Source: Catajapyx aquilonaris
Taxonomy: Eukaryota
Direction of reading: 5' to 3'
Assembly (NCBI GenBank): GCA_000934665.2
Contig: JYFJ02000077.1
Coordinates: 1 to 64,000 of the forward strand
Length of the DNA: 64,000 bases
The notes below the pieces were generated by a model. The model had not been told where the DNA came from. It worked only from the letters and a program-made list of their open reading frames with translations, and made no database searches. Within the stretch, counting starts at the first letter, position 1. Every line of letters begins with the position of its first letter. The position numbers and the translations under genes were made by a program. Shown piece after piece: positions 40,550 through 54,800 of the stretch.

Positions 40550-41955
40550 ATTATACTTCAATATTTCTGCAGATGTTTCTGTGCCCAAATTGACGAGCCG
40601 AGGAGTGGGAACATGGGAGAGTTGATGGAATAATAACTCCTGGCGATGTATATATAAAAAAAGGTCGGGGGCATACAAAAATGTAAAGAAAGCCCGATTC
40701 TGAACTGATGGAGTAGTTCAAATTCGGCCCAGAAGGGATTTATCCCATCAACTTAGACAGAAAAACAAGTTGCATGTGTAGAATCAGTGGCACTTGCAGC
40801 TCGTTACCACAATGGAAGTCGAATTCGTTACTAGATTACGATAAGTATTCAAATATTCACTGCCCCGAATAATTTCAAAGGTTAATAATTGTGCACTGAG
40901 CATCACATTTGTGTTATTTCTTCATAATACTGTAGGCCTTTTACTGTTGTGCATGGCTGGGCCCTGTCCGCTTCCCCAGGTCAAGAAGTGCAGTTAGCCT
41001 ATTAGACTGATCACTTCAGCAGTTACAGTACATGGATCATATTAAAAGAATGGCAATAATAATAACAAGTGAATCATGTCCTGATTGTTGTTTCCAATGG
41101 GTTTTTATTCTCTTTCAAACTGGTTGCTGGGTAAAACAATCAGTAACCTTTACCATAGGCCTACTCATCTAGTTTGAACTGTGAGCTTGGGCAATGAACC
41201 ACTATGTGTGGCACGTCGATATTTACATAAGAACTGCCTACAGACCTACAGTTCGTCTGTATAGTTATCGCTATTGGCAAGCTTCCTTTTGATATCCAAT
41301 ATGATGTCATTGACCTCGATTGGCTGGGATTAGCCAGCTCTGTCTGTGCAGGCTTTCAGATGCACATCACAAGAAGAGAAGTAATATCTGCAAGCACGTA
41401 ATACCTGCGACCTCAAATATTTGTAGCCCATGTGCATTTAAAATACGCCATTCTTTCGCCCTGAAGGAAGGTGGCATGTGTACGACGGGAAGGGAATGAT
41501 TTATTCTGCATGTATCTGCTCCGAAAGCACAAAGCACAGCAGGACCACAGCGACACTTGTGACAACTACCAAAACTGCATCAAACATTTTGTCAGGTGCA
41601 TCAAGCGGTATACAGTATATACTCGTATTAATGAGTTCTTCGGTTTCTCTTTAAAGTTATTGGCTCGATACGACCCTTTATTTTTTTGTACGACGCTAGC
41701 TGCGATTAATCTACTCTACCATTTGAATACCGCAATAACCGTTTAGGTATGTTATCACGCGATCAATATTACTTGATAATTGTTGATACTGAGATTGTAT
41801 TTTACCAATATCAGCTAAGATTGTTTTCATGGATGACCTGTCCCCTCATGAGAGAAGAGTTCTCATGTCTTGCGACGTGCCATTTCATCACCATCAGTTC
41901 ACCGATGTAAGTGACCTAAACAACCGCAAATCTCACATTGCCTTCAGAATTCAAG

Positions 41956-44900
41956 ATGGCTGCGAAAGGTAAGCCCCTTTATAACCCCTGAGACGCTTGG
42001 TAATGCAAAATCTCGTGCAAGGTATTTTTCTGTCATGTTTATAGCAATGGGTGTATACATTTAGGGTGTCTCGTATTTAACAGCATTAAATGTTACCCAT
42101 TTCGACCAGTCAATATTTTCAACTTTTCTGTCATTAGAACTATATGCCGTGTCGCAGTGGCGGATCCAGCACAAGTTTCCGGGGGGGGGTTCTTGGCTTC
42201 AGGGATATTACAGTACCGGTACTGTATCTCATATGGTTTTTTTTTACTTAGCTTAAATACACCAAAATTCTCTCGCAGGCTAGCACAGACAGTGATTTAC
42301 TCATGGGCACCATGCCACATGTCCCCAGTCGAGTGAATGGAGCATTACATTACATGCAAAACACTTTCCCGACAATTACCTTTGCTTTCCCCGGTTCCCA
42401 TTTTGCCGATTTTTTGGTTTTCTCGCCCCCCCCNCCGGTTCCGCCACTGAAGTGTCGGCATGCATTTCGTATAGGGCAGTAGGAAACAATGAATGTCCAT
42501 GTAAACTAGCGTGTGAATAAGGTGCACTATAATAATTATGTTGATGTGATATGCTGTCTGACGAGTAAGTACGAAGCATATTTTTGGTGCCAGTAATAAT
42601 AAGTGACGATAGAGTATTATCCCAAGATAAGGTAATATAGTCAAACCGGAAAATAACTATAATGCAATGTTGATGATACATTAATTACAATAGACGAAGC
42701 AGGTATTTTACGTATGTTGGATGCTGTATCGAATGTTTATCAGGCTTTTTTTTTTCTTCTTCTGCGACAGTAGCCAATAACTTACCAGTTCACCTGGGTA
42801 TAGCAATGTAAACCGAATCACGTGTTAAAGTCACGAATAAACAAGATTGTTGCACTTCAATATCGGTGTAATCGCTAGCATTATCAAGTAAGTGTTGTAG
42901 AAGGTGAAAGAGAAATAAGGGGAATGGAGGCCTCAGAGGAAATATGCGAAAGTGCACAGACGAAAATGTAAAGGACGAGAATGTAGGAATATTGGAATGG
43001 GACTCTGCAGCAGGCCCGTATCAGAAAAGTAATCATCAAACTTTATCGACATAAATAAGGCATTCCAAGAATTACATGCATTAATACGTTGATGCAAACG
43101 TGACAAGAAAATACTAAAAATAATTACTGCAGTGAAAGTGTCAGAATTTTAGTGTCTCTGTGCCATATACACTCACCAGCGTTTCTTAATATTTCAGAAG
43201 TCACAGATGTCACCAGCATCAGTTCCACGACACCTTCGCCCAATTTGTCCACTGATTCTGATAGCCATGAAAGTCCAGTGGAATACAAAGTGTACAAGAG
43301 GCGATGGTTAATGCTTTTCCTATTCTCGGTTACGTCTGCAGCTAATGCAATTCCAGGGATAACATTCTCAATTGTTGTTGACACTGTCACAGAGTTTTAC
43401 GATGTCTCACCTTTGTCCGTGGACTGGCTCTCTATGATTTACATGCTGGTATACATACTGTTCCTAGTTCCTGGAGAACTGCTTCAGAAAAAGGTATGTT
43501 CACATCGTGGCACGTCACATAATAACAGAAGCACTATTTCGCATTTTACTCTGCAGCCCATTCTTGCAAAAACAAACTTTCCTGCACTATGATTTTACTC
43601 CGGGGGAGTTTACAATGTGATAAATCATTTTAAGCTGTATACCACCCTGCCTATTCGCTTGTCCTGGCACCATGTGATTTCTACCTCTTCCCTAAAATGA
43701 AATTTGGGTAGAAAATGAGGCATTTTGACTCCACTAGAGAGATCTAAGCAAAATCCCAGCAGGTGTTGAACACACTACTGTTCGCCAATTTTTGGGGGGT
43801 GCTTCCAAAAATGGGAAATTCGTTGGAATCGTTGTATACGTGCCCAAAGTTTGAAGGTGGCAGTAGAAATTAGGACTTACAGTAAATATTAATGTTTTTA
43901 TGAACAAATTCTCGGAAATTTTTGGTAGCACCCCCCCCCCTCCCCGCCACCTGTGCGTAATTTTGGTCCATCTCTATACCACACAAGTGACATCGATAGA
44001 GCTTCAAAACACAGTAAAGTGCATACAGTATATGTAACTGTTTTCGTTTTCAACATGGGTCGAAAATGGGGCCTGGGAGGGGTATCGTTCCTCTTTTGTT
44101 TCTCTCCCCTTCTCGTGATTTTTGCGTCATCTGCATACCCACACAAATGTATACATAGACGGAGCTTCAAAACTAGGTAAAAGTCATCATTGGACCCTCT
44201 CCAGTTTTCGAATAAAACAGACAAGAAGTTTTAACCCTTTTTGCAGGGGGTCCTATTATACTGTTCAACCCCTGTATGTGCTCTTTTATTCTAGGGACTC
44301 AGGCTTATTGTGCTTCTAGCAAGTTTAGGCACAACTATAGGTGCCTGGATCAGAATAGGTTCGTTGGCACCTAACAGGTTTTATGTCAACTTTATTGGCC
44401 AGAGCTTTATTGCTCTGGCATCAATCTTTGTTTTGGCCATACCCCCTCGCCTGGCTGCCGTTTGGTTTGGCCCAAAGCAAGTGTCTACAGCATGTTCAAT
44501 AGGCGTCTTCGGTAACCAGGTAGACACTGAGACATTTCTTATTGCTGCAGATTGTGGAACTTTCTACTGACTCGAGATAATTGTTTTTCTAGCTTGGAGT
44601 GGCCGTTGCATTCCTGATTCCGCCTCTGATAGTGCCAAGCGACACCCCGCCATCCAAGGTTCAAACTAAGCTGTCTATTCTCCTATACTCATTCGCCATA
44701 TTCAGTACCATATTCACTCTTCTGGTGATATTTTGTTTCCAAAATGAGCCACCTACACCCCCCAGCCAGGCCAGGGCTGCAGCCATGGAAGAAGATGCCA
44801 TTTCACTCAAGCAATCAATCATTAACTTATTCAAAAATCGTTCCTATGTTCTTTTGTTTTTCGCGTACGGAGTGAACGCAGGAATTTTCTACTCACTTAC

Positions 44901-45975
44901 GACTCTTCTGGGACAGTTAATTCTTCCTCATTTTCCGGTAAGATGCGACGTATGCAACTATCACCAATGTCCTCTTGAGATATACTGTCTTGTATAGTTA
45001 TCCGAAACTTACGAATAATGGATTCTGACGTTTTGTGAAATTATTACAAAAATTAAATTAATAACATACTCTTAAAATCGTTCTGATGAAGGTAGATCAT
45101 TCGTTCATTTCATAAATGATGTGAATTTACTGTTGCAGCATAATGATCGTGACGCAGGTATAATAGGACTCATCATGGTTTTATTCGGAATGGCTGGTTC
45201 GGTCCTCTGTGGTATTTGGCTCGATAGGACCCGCAAATACAAGTAAGTACACAATATTCATAATAATGGTAAAGTCAGCATTTTTCTCAATGTCAATTTC
45301 GAGTCGCGAAAGACAAATGCGACGGCAGGTGGCTCTTGCATGTTACACACTGTAATGCAGCCTATTTTTTGAAGAAAACCTGCTTGAGTGCTGGCGCCAC
45401 CTAGTACTGTCGAGTTCATTTGATTCTTTAAAAAAGTAATTTAAGAACTGATCAACATTTACTTTTCAGGTTAACCATGCTGATCGTTTACATATTTTCA
45501 TTTCTGGGGACGATTGCTTTTGGACTCACACTATTTATTCCGCACATTTCTGTGGTTTACGTAACGTCCTGCATACTTGGGTACGTGCTAAAGTACTAGT
45601 ATACACCACATTTTGCCGGTGACTCCCACATATATTAAAGGCAGCTAATGTATATTTCTTGCTTTCAGATTTTTTATGACTGGTTACTTTCCACTGGCTA
45701 TGGAACTCTCCTCCGAAATCACGTACCCTGAACCAGAGAGCACGTCCTCTGGCCTGATAAACGTGTGCTCAAACTTCCTCGGACTAGTGTTTACCTTTAT
45801 TGCCAGCCAACTGCTCGCGCACTTGCCCAAGCACACTGGAGACCTCGCCGTCAACATGTTCTTTGCTGGTGCGCTCTTCCTGGGAGTTGTTCTGAGTGTC
45901 TTCATTAAGAGTGATCTGAAAAGACAAAATATGGAGGAATGTAGTCCTAATCAGCCCAAATCTATTCAAAATTAG
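41956..45975 (+). CDS. FLVCR: FLVCR-family transporter, paralog D (recent duplicate of C). Exons 41956-41968 (tentative), 43198-43493, 44295-44519, 44593-44937, 45139-45242, 45470-45580, 45669-45975
   Basis: Same exon lengths as C and an intact frame. The first exon is ATG GCT GCG AAA G|GTAAGC, downstream of an Inr-like TCAGTT near 41894. Confidence 0.88.
42155..42449. mobile_element. hAT-like MITE containing an assembly N at 42434
   Basis: TIRs CAGTGGCGGA...TCCGCCACTG with poly-G/poly-C subtermini, flanked by CCGTGTCG and AAGTGTCG (6/8). Absent from unit 1 (~36557). Confidence 0.75.
43570..44272. other. ~700-bp sequence unique to the D intron relative to C, probably a transposon remnant
   Basis: The equivalent intron is 131 bp in C (38718-38848) and 801 bp in D (43494-44294). 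The intron ends align but the middle does not. Confidence 0.55.
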
Positions 45976-48900
45976 GTTATTATTCAATATTTATGCAATT
46001 AGTTGTTTCTCTGCCCAAATTGACTATCGGAAGATGGGGAAGTTGGGTCTGGAGTTCAAATTCGGTCCTGTCCTCCCTCTCTGATCGTCAACTTGGTCAG
46101 AATAACAAGGTGTGTATATGAATCAGTGTGGCACTTGCCTCTCGTGTTGGCCAATCTTTTTTTTTTAATTATTATGCATGAGGGAGTGTTGAGCGTCAAT
46201 ACTGCAGGTGCTAATCATGACTGCGTCACTTGAACTGCTTTGTGCAGGTTATCACTCTATGGTAATGACACCTTACTCAGTACTGTCGATAAATGTCCGC
46301 CCGTGACTGTCACGAACATGGGCTGATCACCATCTTCATTCACGGGCTCTCGGAAGAGCCTTGAGGGTGACTGCGAGAGGGTTAATATTGTGACGTGTTA
46401 TCCTTTCTTCTTCGAAAACATCACTATTCATTGGGTCATAATTTGAACTTCAGAATCAGAAAATGGCTGTACCCAATTAGTGACATCATCAGTTAAGAAA
46501 ATCACGCGTAAATTCTGACGTAAAATTAATTCTCACCTAGATTTCTAGCATTAAATTAATTTTATAGCGCAAGATTTTTTTTTCATCTGACAATAATACA
46601 GTTGTTACCAATTCCTTGGCACGGCACACTGACTGACACTTTAGAGCATGTTTATGTGCATAAGAATGCCAAGTACGTAATACGTCGTAGTTCACCGATC
46701 TTCATGGCGTTGTTAAGCAGGATAAGCATCGTTTTGCGTGCAGTACTCTCTTCTGAATGGTACGAAAATCATGTGCGACATGAAAGAAGCTTTGAGTTCA
46801 AGGTAGTTAGCGTACGTCAGTGGCATAGTTGTGGGAGTCATCCTGGCAAAAGAACGCGACGTGTGTTTTCATGTGGAACGTAATGCGACATGCAGCCAAA
46901 CAGCGAGTCTCATTATTCTGAAAAATATGTAAGAGTAATAAAAGGGTGTACCCTTCCGTAAGAGGAATATATTGTTCTTCGGCTTGCACATTTGAATTTT
47001 TGATTCTCATGTGGCCAACATTTCCTCACAGGTATGGTTAGTGATGTTTCCGTACTGGGACAAGGTCGACCTTTCGTCCTTTTCTATTCAAAACTAATGG
47101 GATGCCATAAGCAAAGAGGAAAGGTGTAGTCCCAGGCACTTGACGATTAACGAGTCGGTAGAGCGTGTATCCTAAAAGTGTCGCAACTACACATCAAGTG
47201 CAGACAAGCTAAGTGTAAGTCTCGCAATCTACAGTAGAAATTTACAGTGCCACTTAAACTTGGAAATTACCAGAAAATGTTTTACTGGCAAATTACTGTA
47301 TTTACAGTCCAGATTATGCAAATGGCAAGAACATTGTGTAATAAAAATTAGCTGAAAAATTCGCGTGTCTTTTAAATCATTGTCCCATTAATTCTCTTTG
47401 AAATCTAACAGGATTGCAATTTTTTACACTGTGACATTTTCCTTAGAATAGAACGTTATACTGTTCCAGGAAGACAGCTAACACGTATTAGCTTCAGGCC
47501 CATGCATTACTGTATATTATGTAAGGCAAATATAAACGTGGCACAAGGTTCTATCATAACTATATATTGGTGTTTCCGTATGTTAATGTGTTCAAAATAT
47601 CCGAAAGGCTTATCACAACTGCGCACTTAACGTTTTTGTATACGCACAAAGTCAAGGCCCACGCATAACATTTGAAAATAAATTACAAGGTTTGCTTGTG
47701 ACAGGTTATTTATTGGTGCAATACGGTATAATCGTGCTGTGCCCCAAGCTGTCACTCCACCCATCTGCCGCATCCTTCTGGTCCAATTTAAATATTGATG
47801 AAGGTTTTTTGGATGTAAGATGTGGGAAGAACTTTATAGTCCCTGAAACAAGCACTTACACTTATTACATGAAAAGCGCGTAGAATATTATGTCACTGGT
47901 TGTAATATTGCGTAAAGGGCTCGAAAGCATAATATAAATAGAGTAAAGGCAAGTGTCTTGTTTTACTAAGAAGATTGGCCATATCTGCCTGGACCAATAG
48001 TAAAATAGTCTAAAATAGTCGGAAAATGTGCAACAAAAGCAATAATTATTACCTAACTACTAATATTACTTTAAAATAATTTGAAACGCAGTTGACCTAC
48101 TGTCTCATCTAACTGCGACACACATTGCAGATGCAGTCTGAAGCTGAGGACAAAAGGCTTTCTGTTGCATTGTACCCAGACGAGGTGAGTAAGATCATAA
48201 TGATAGTGCAAAAATGTAGAGGAAAAAATGCAACGGAAGCGGCATGAAGCCCATGAAAGCCTAGCGTGTTTCAAAGACGACACCGATTTAAATCTCAAAT
48301 TTCACGCCTTCCACTTGACCAAGGCCAAGATAAAGGAGCATGACCTTTTTGGATTCAGAAGGACACTCCATTTTTGAAAATTTTGTTCTTTCTCCCAGCA
48401 CCTCCCTGGGGAAAATCATGAACTGTTTACTGCAGGGTACGTGTCAGTGTAAACGACTTTATGGCAACGCAGGCCGTATACTTGACGATAGGTGACCGCC
48501 CCTTATTTCTATTCTTCCTCGTCAAGGTTCCTGTTAAGAATGCCATTATCGTTATAATTACGCAAGGGGAAAGAACTGGTCACGTGCTGATGAGCAGGTA
48601 CGTTGCCGCTTTAAAATAAATGGAATAGCTTCAAGCACTTAACGCTGCAAGTGACATTGGGGGACCAAAATAATATACCAAAGTACGAAGAGTGACAATG
48701 TTGAGGATGCTAATGGCTTGCAGTGCTCTTTCAGCCTACCTCTATTGTGCTTGCTATACTGTCAGGCATTGAAAATAATGAAGTATTACGTGACAAGAAG
48801 CATCTTCAATGAACGACTCATAATCTGTTAGCAATTCATTCAATGTCACATAAGACCCGTTGTATAAATATGAGTTAGCGGAGTAGTGAACTAGGGAAAC

Positions 48901-51814
48901 ACGAAGATTTATTTCGTGAACATGTTAGTCCCCAATCATATGGATATCTCGTCATTGGCAATAGGGGCGTCCAATCTACACTCACGTCTGGTATGTAGCT
49001 GTCTACCGTCTGGAGATGGGGATGTTGCAGATAATTTTTTGTCTGTCAGCTACACGACCAAAAGGACTTATCTGAAATCTGTTCCTGCAGGCCACATCTA
49101 TCACAGGAACTATGGATCTGTTCAGTACATGAACCGCTAAATCAGAAACTAAAATTAGCTTCACAGGGCAATGACTGTCTCAAATCAATGCGTTGCATCC
49201 ATAAATACAGTACTGTTTGCACGTCACATCTGAATTATCCATGTGAATTAAGTACAACATGTTAAGACATAAGATACAAAAAAAATATTGATAATTCCAT
49301 TTTGCAAAGCACCAGTAGGCCTATATCAAAGTTCCAAATATAAATGCCCATAAAGACTCTATAAAAACTAGTTCAATATCACAATATTTCATCCGCATCT
49401 AATCGCTATCAGAAAATTATTACCTTTACAAATGAATCAGTAACATGGAAGTGCTTAGTACGTATGACAATGAGCACGTGACAAGCATACGTGACTTCGG
49501 CCCTTCCGAACGCCCACTATACGATGACATGGCGGAGATATGAACCTGTCAAATATATAAAAAGATAACCAGGCCCCTGACGGTTTCATGTCCAGAGATG
49601 AGCTTCACCGTGATATTCACAGAAAAGTACAGATTATATGAGAAAACCCATTTCACTTGAAGGCCGAAGTGGTCCTCGTTTCGATCTTGATGAGGCGGAA
49701 GGGGAATGCAGAGAAAGGTTATTAGTTCCTGGAATAGTAACTTATAGTCCTTGAATATTGCATCCTCTAGGATCTGCACCGAAATCTTCCCCCAATGCTG
49801 CAAAAAATGTAGTGTCATTTTTAAACAACAATTATAGTAAAGGAGGAGTGAGAAAGTGTAGTATAATTAACTTGACCCGACGCCCTAACTCTTTAGGGAC
49901 TATTAATCAAAAGTAATGTTCGTTAGATTTCCCAGGATGCTTTTTAAAATAAAGGACGTTTTCAAACAAAGGAGACTATTTTTGAGTATTGAGTAAGAGC
50001 AACGAATAATTCTCATACGAGCTCGTTTTTTTAAAAAAAAAAGTAGCTTTACCTTGACATAATTACTTTATCATTCTTATTTGTCGCAGTTTTTTGGAGT
50101 TAATTAGGGGGCGGTGACAATAGTCATTAAAGTTTATTATACTGTAATAAAATTATAGTAGAATCTATTACACTAATCACAGTGACAATTTGCTACGAGA
50201 ATTAGGGTGCCAACCGAATTTCAATGAGTCACATCTCAATATTTACTTAGTACCTAGTTAGACGCGAGTGCAGCATGTGCATAATAATGTGGTAAAGCAG
50301 TTCATCCACTCTGCAAGTCGAACTTGCTGGTGTAGCACCTAGAGTAGTTGACATTGACGCAACTCTCCTTATTATTCCTCCTTAACGAGTGCATTAAATC
50401 TTCATTGACAAACATATGCTCACCTTACATACCTCCTTTTATTGTTGCAGTATAATTACTGTGTCAAGTTCGACATACAACGTGAATATTTTCACAAAGA
50501 ACTTGCCCAACAATAATAGTTAAATAAATACTGCATTGCATTGCTGTATTTTCATTTGCAACATTGTCCAGTACGGCATGATCTTGAAATCAATTGCGGT
50601 AGAGCGTTTTTATGTACTTTGCAGTAAAAAAATTACTCTGGCTCACTTTCTCCCAAGCCCTTGCATAAGACAAGCTAATTAAGAAACGTGAGGTTGGTCA
50701 TGGAAGCCACACACTCAGATAAGTTAATCAGGAAGCTGTTGCCGTAATCACCCTGATTATCACGATTAGCAGGTTACTAATTACCTGGCTCACCTTACTC
50801 ATTTGACACCTAAACTAGTTTTCATTAGAGTTTCTGGCAGTCACATTCCAAGGGAGATTCAACTGGTATCTATTATCGTACAGGTGAATCCTTGGATTGT
50901 TATCTGAATAGTTTTTTTGAATAAAAAAAATACCGTTGTTTATGTTTTCACAGCGAGAAGAGACACGTCTTTTTCGCCCGCCTTATAATTTTCAGGTGTT
51001 TGCAAGCGCACCTTTTTGGCTCAAGGTCACCCAAGCAAAAGGTATCATCATCCCAGTAGCAAATGATATTAATTCTCCAAGTTGGCTATCACTTATTCCA
51101 ACCACGTTTAAATGACATTTGATTGTTATTTCCTGCTTCTCTTTTTCCTAACTCCTGCGGCATTTCCCATCATATTTGTCAAGAACAGGCTTTTTAATGG
51201 TGCCGTAACCTCGCGGGCTGAGCTCCAAATCGGCCAACTTCTGAAGGTTTCTTCCGAAAAGGTGGTTACCAAAAGGTGGCTTACCTTCCGACTGTTTCTC
51301 CAAGGATATTCTACGAGAGACAGTTCCGGTGAATTTGGCGTAACGTAGCACGTAACTTGGGATAAAAGGGCCGTGCATAATGAAGTCATCACAAAGGACG
51401 CGATTTTTTTGTCGTTGCATAAAGTGTGACATTGTGATGTTATGCGCGACTACGAGGGTTAAAATGCGTCTCTATTTAATGTTTATGATGGAAAACCTCG
51501 TAGGTTAGCTTCCAGTACATTCTAAATCCATATTTCATCTTTCACTAAGGTTTCAGGAAGAGAACAGAGGCTGCCATTTGTCATGTTCTATGATACATTT
51601 ACAACAAAAAAATGGCCATGATCTAGTTGCTTTATAAAAAAATTAATTCATTTTAACGCCAAAGTTCATTCACCTCACACTTTGTTCAGTCCATATTAGG
51701 GAATAGTGGCTAAAACTGGTCGCAGTACTGGTGCAAAAATTAAGATTTACTCCATCAAGGTTTAAACTTATTGCAATAATTCACAATTTTACCAAAAATA
51801 CGTGCACACCAAAC

Positions 51815-51850
51815 CATAGACCTTAGAGCCACTAAGCTCTAAGATCTATG
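51815..51850. mobile_element. 36-bp minimal palindromic insertion with perfect 8-bp TSD
   Basis: CACCAAAC|CATAGACCTTAGAGC-CACTAA-GCTCTAAGATCTATG|CACCAAAC, with arms 14/15 complementary. Confidence 0.75.
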
Positions 51851-54800
51851 CACCAAACAACCAACACTGGCAATATAGTATGCTATTAAATTCGCTATAA
51901 AAATTTAACATTTTGTTGCAAATTTTTTCCACTCCACTGCTAGGCACTGTTAGGTAATTTTTAACAAAGAGACATAAAACTGGTTTTACGGAGTCGCGAT
52001 TTCAGTACTAAAACCAAGCTACACTACACTTGCAATAAATAAATACCTGCAAGCAACGCAGATGACAATGCAAAATCAGCGAGAAGCGACTAGTTGCTAA
52101 GAAGGAGGCCACTGTGTGCATAGGACACATTACGTAACCGATGATGATAGGATCTGGGCATTCCTGAGGAAGTGGCTTTTGCTGTCATACCTCTGAGTAT
52201 AGGTTATCACTCTCTTCTCGTGCTAATCAACAGCCTCAGTCGATTTCGCCTTAATGACCGAATTGTCACATGACGTGATCTGCCAAATGACACATGGGGA
52301 AAATTAATGTCCGTAAATCACCTGCCTCGTTACGTTCCGGCTTTGTCCTTAAACTCACATGAGGAAGTTGTAAATCAGGCAATGGGGATGAAAAGACTGG
52401 GGGCCAAAAAATTTGGCATTGTTGACTAACGCAGTTTTTGGCCATAACACACGGAACTGAAGCACGAGTAGCACGTATTGTCCAGCACAATTACGATTTT
52501 TCTATGGTCGTTGGTCGATCCGAGGACACATATGGGAATATACAAAAAAAAGTTTGGATACGACATCAGTTTTTATCTCCTTTTATTTTCGGAGGTATAG
52601 CGCCACTTATGATATCCATTCAGGGTAGACGGTTTTTGCCATGTGTTACTATTTTAATCGATATACTTTCATTTTTACAGCTGCTTGTAGAATGTGGCAA
52701 ATATTTCGTGTCTATTGCGCCTGACAGAACCTTTCAAAAATGCTTCCTATGAACCTCTAGCACATATTAAAAACCACTTGTACAAGTAACAAATGGCAGC
52801 ATGTAACAGAAGTAACACAATAAAAATCAAATAAAAATAACTATCAAAAGTAACGACTACCAAATTATTATAACTCATGTATGCTAATTCCCATCCAAGA
52901 GAATGACACATACAAATGAAGCATATCAAACGCGGTTCATTATCAATCGTTACATAAGAGTCCTACCGGGAGACGCACTCTTCGTTTTACTTATGCTGAA
53001 TATACGGCTGGTTTTGTGAAATGTAACTAGTCACTTGGTTAAATAATTCTCGGAATAGCGCGGCAATAAGGATTTACAGCTGATGAGCCCTATGCTAATA
53101 TGGTATCAGCTTCTCAGAAATATTCCGCTTCTCTTTCACGGACAGCAGTTGGGAAACACATATTCGTAACCTTCTAATGCACATCCCATTCGTAATGAAT
53201 CCAATTAGACCAACACAATTGAAAGACAAATCGTGACATACCCATATCGCGCCGTTTTTTCGCATTAAAAAAAATCCCCCCGGGGGCCGCTCAAAGCAAT
53301 ATTGTGAAAATCACACCCTGTTTTTTTTTCTAGAACCCCTAATAAATCAACGAGTTCTAAATCAATCGAAGGTGGATCGTGATGTCCCCACTGGCATAAC
53401 CACACGGTCTTTTCCTGCTCCTTTTCATGCGGGTGCTAAAATTACAAATTCACACAATGAATTCAATCATCATAGTCTCATAAGAATCGTGATTACCCTA
53501 CCTAAATCCGCGACCTTTCCGCGCACGCATAAAAACAAAAACCAACCCAATTTCTCCCTTTGATGATCACGATGACGAAACAGTACCTGTGGCCATCATG
53601 CTATTTGAAGATGGGCAGTGAAAGCCTGATGCGGGTGTCCCTGTGTCTGTTTATGGCTGGCCGCTCACGTGGGCATCTCTTTCTCAGTACCAAGACTTTT
53701 ACTTATCGTCGTGATTTACGGCAGGCTCTGTTTGGATAGGCTTGTGCGGAACTGGACAAATGGAACATGAAATTGTGGCAAGGACGGGCACATTTTCTAC
53801 GGTTACGTGGATCAAAATGTGTGAAATGGTTTGGAGGCTTACAAACCCGAATCTTGGGTCCTTCGGGGCAAGCACGACCACCGCAATTGTTGCGAAATAA
53901 TTTTCGTTTATACGGCGAGGCAGGGAGGGGGGAGGGAGTGGGAAAAAGTAGGCATGTAATACCTCATATGAGTAGGCAGTTTTACGGTAACAGTATGGTT
54001 CAGTTATGCAATTGAAGAGAAAGGATCTGTTTGTGATTCATAAGGTTAAACAGTTGGAAAGGCCCATATTACTTGAGTACGGGGAATAATTTGATTGATA
54101 TTAATTGATTTGCGTGGGATGTTTTGCAATAGATAATCAGGCCCTTCAAGGTGGCCGATCACCCGTGTCATTTTGCACGCAATTGGTGCCTTAATGATAC
54201 CATTACTTCGCAAGAGAGATCGAAGTGAAATTATGGATATATTTGGGCGTCACTTTTGATGACCATTCACAGCAACCAGACATCCGACAAGATGAATATT
54301 TTCTAGTTCATCCTCATTTCCATATTTTTTCTTTACATTTTGCTTATGGAAATTGTGGCATAATTCCTATACCAATTTAAACCGACACTATCTAGGTCTA
54401 TTTGGTTAACAGCCTTTTTTACTATAAAATGGTAGGCTAATGATTAGGATGAAAAACAATGCCTACTATATTTAACATCAGATAAAATAATTGTGTAATT
54501 AAAAGCTCATGCCTGATGGGATCGAATTCTTGAACGATTACAATGGGCACAATATATAACAGGTTGACTAGTCATTTATTAAGCACTTGCACGCCTCCCA
54601 TTCAGTTCAGTACGTGCCTCGAAGTTATTAGTAGCAGCAATCAAAAATATTTTTCGCTTCGCTGCAGCACTGAAACTCACAACAAGTATCGACACAACAA
54701 TAACAAGCTGTTCCGAGAAAGTATGCCACTGGTCCCAGTTTGTGTTACGGAACCGTAATTAGTGCGAGCAATACCTACACACATTTACATTAGCCTTTCA

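Larger units (their letters stand above)
35226..46146 (+). repeat. Head-to-tail tandem duplication: unit 1 ~35226-40805, unit 2 ~40807-46146
   Basis: Both units start CCACAATG..GTCGAATTCGTTAC...AAGTATTCAAATATTCACTGCCCCGAATAATT and end ...GAATCAGT(GT)GGCACTTGC. Intergenic, intron and exon sequence are collinear. Confidence 0.92.
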
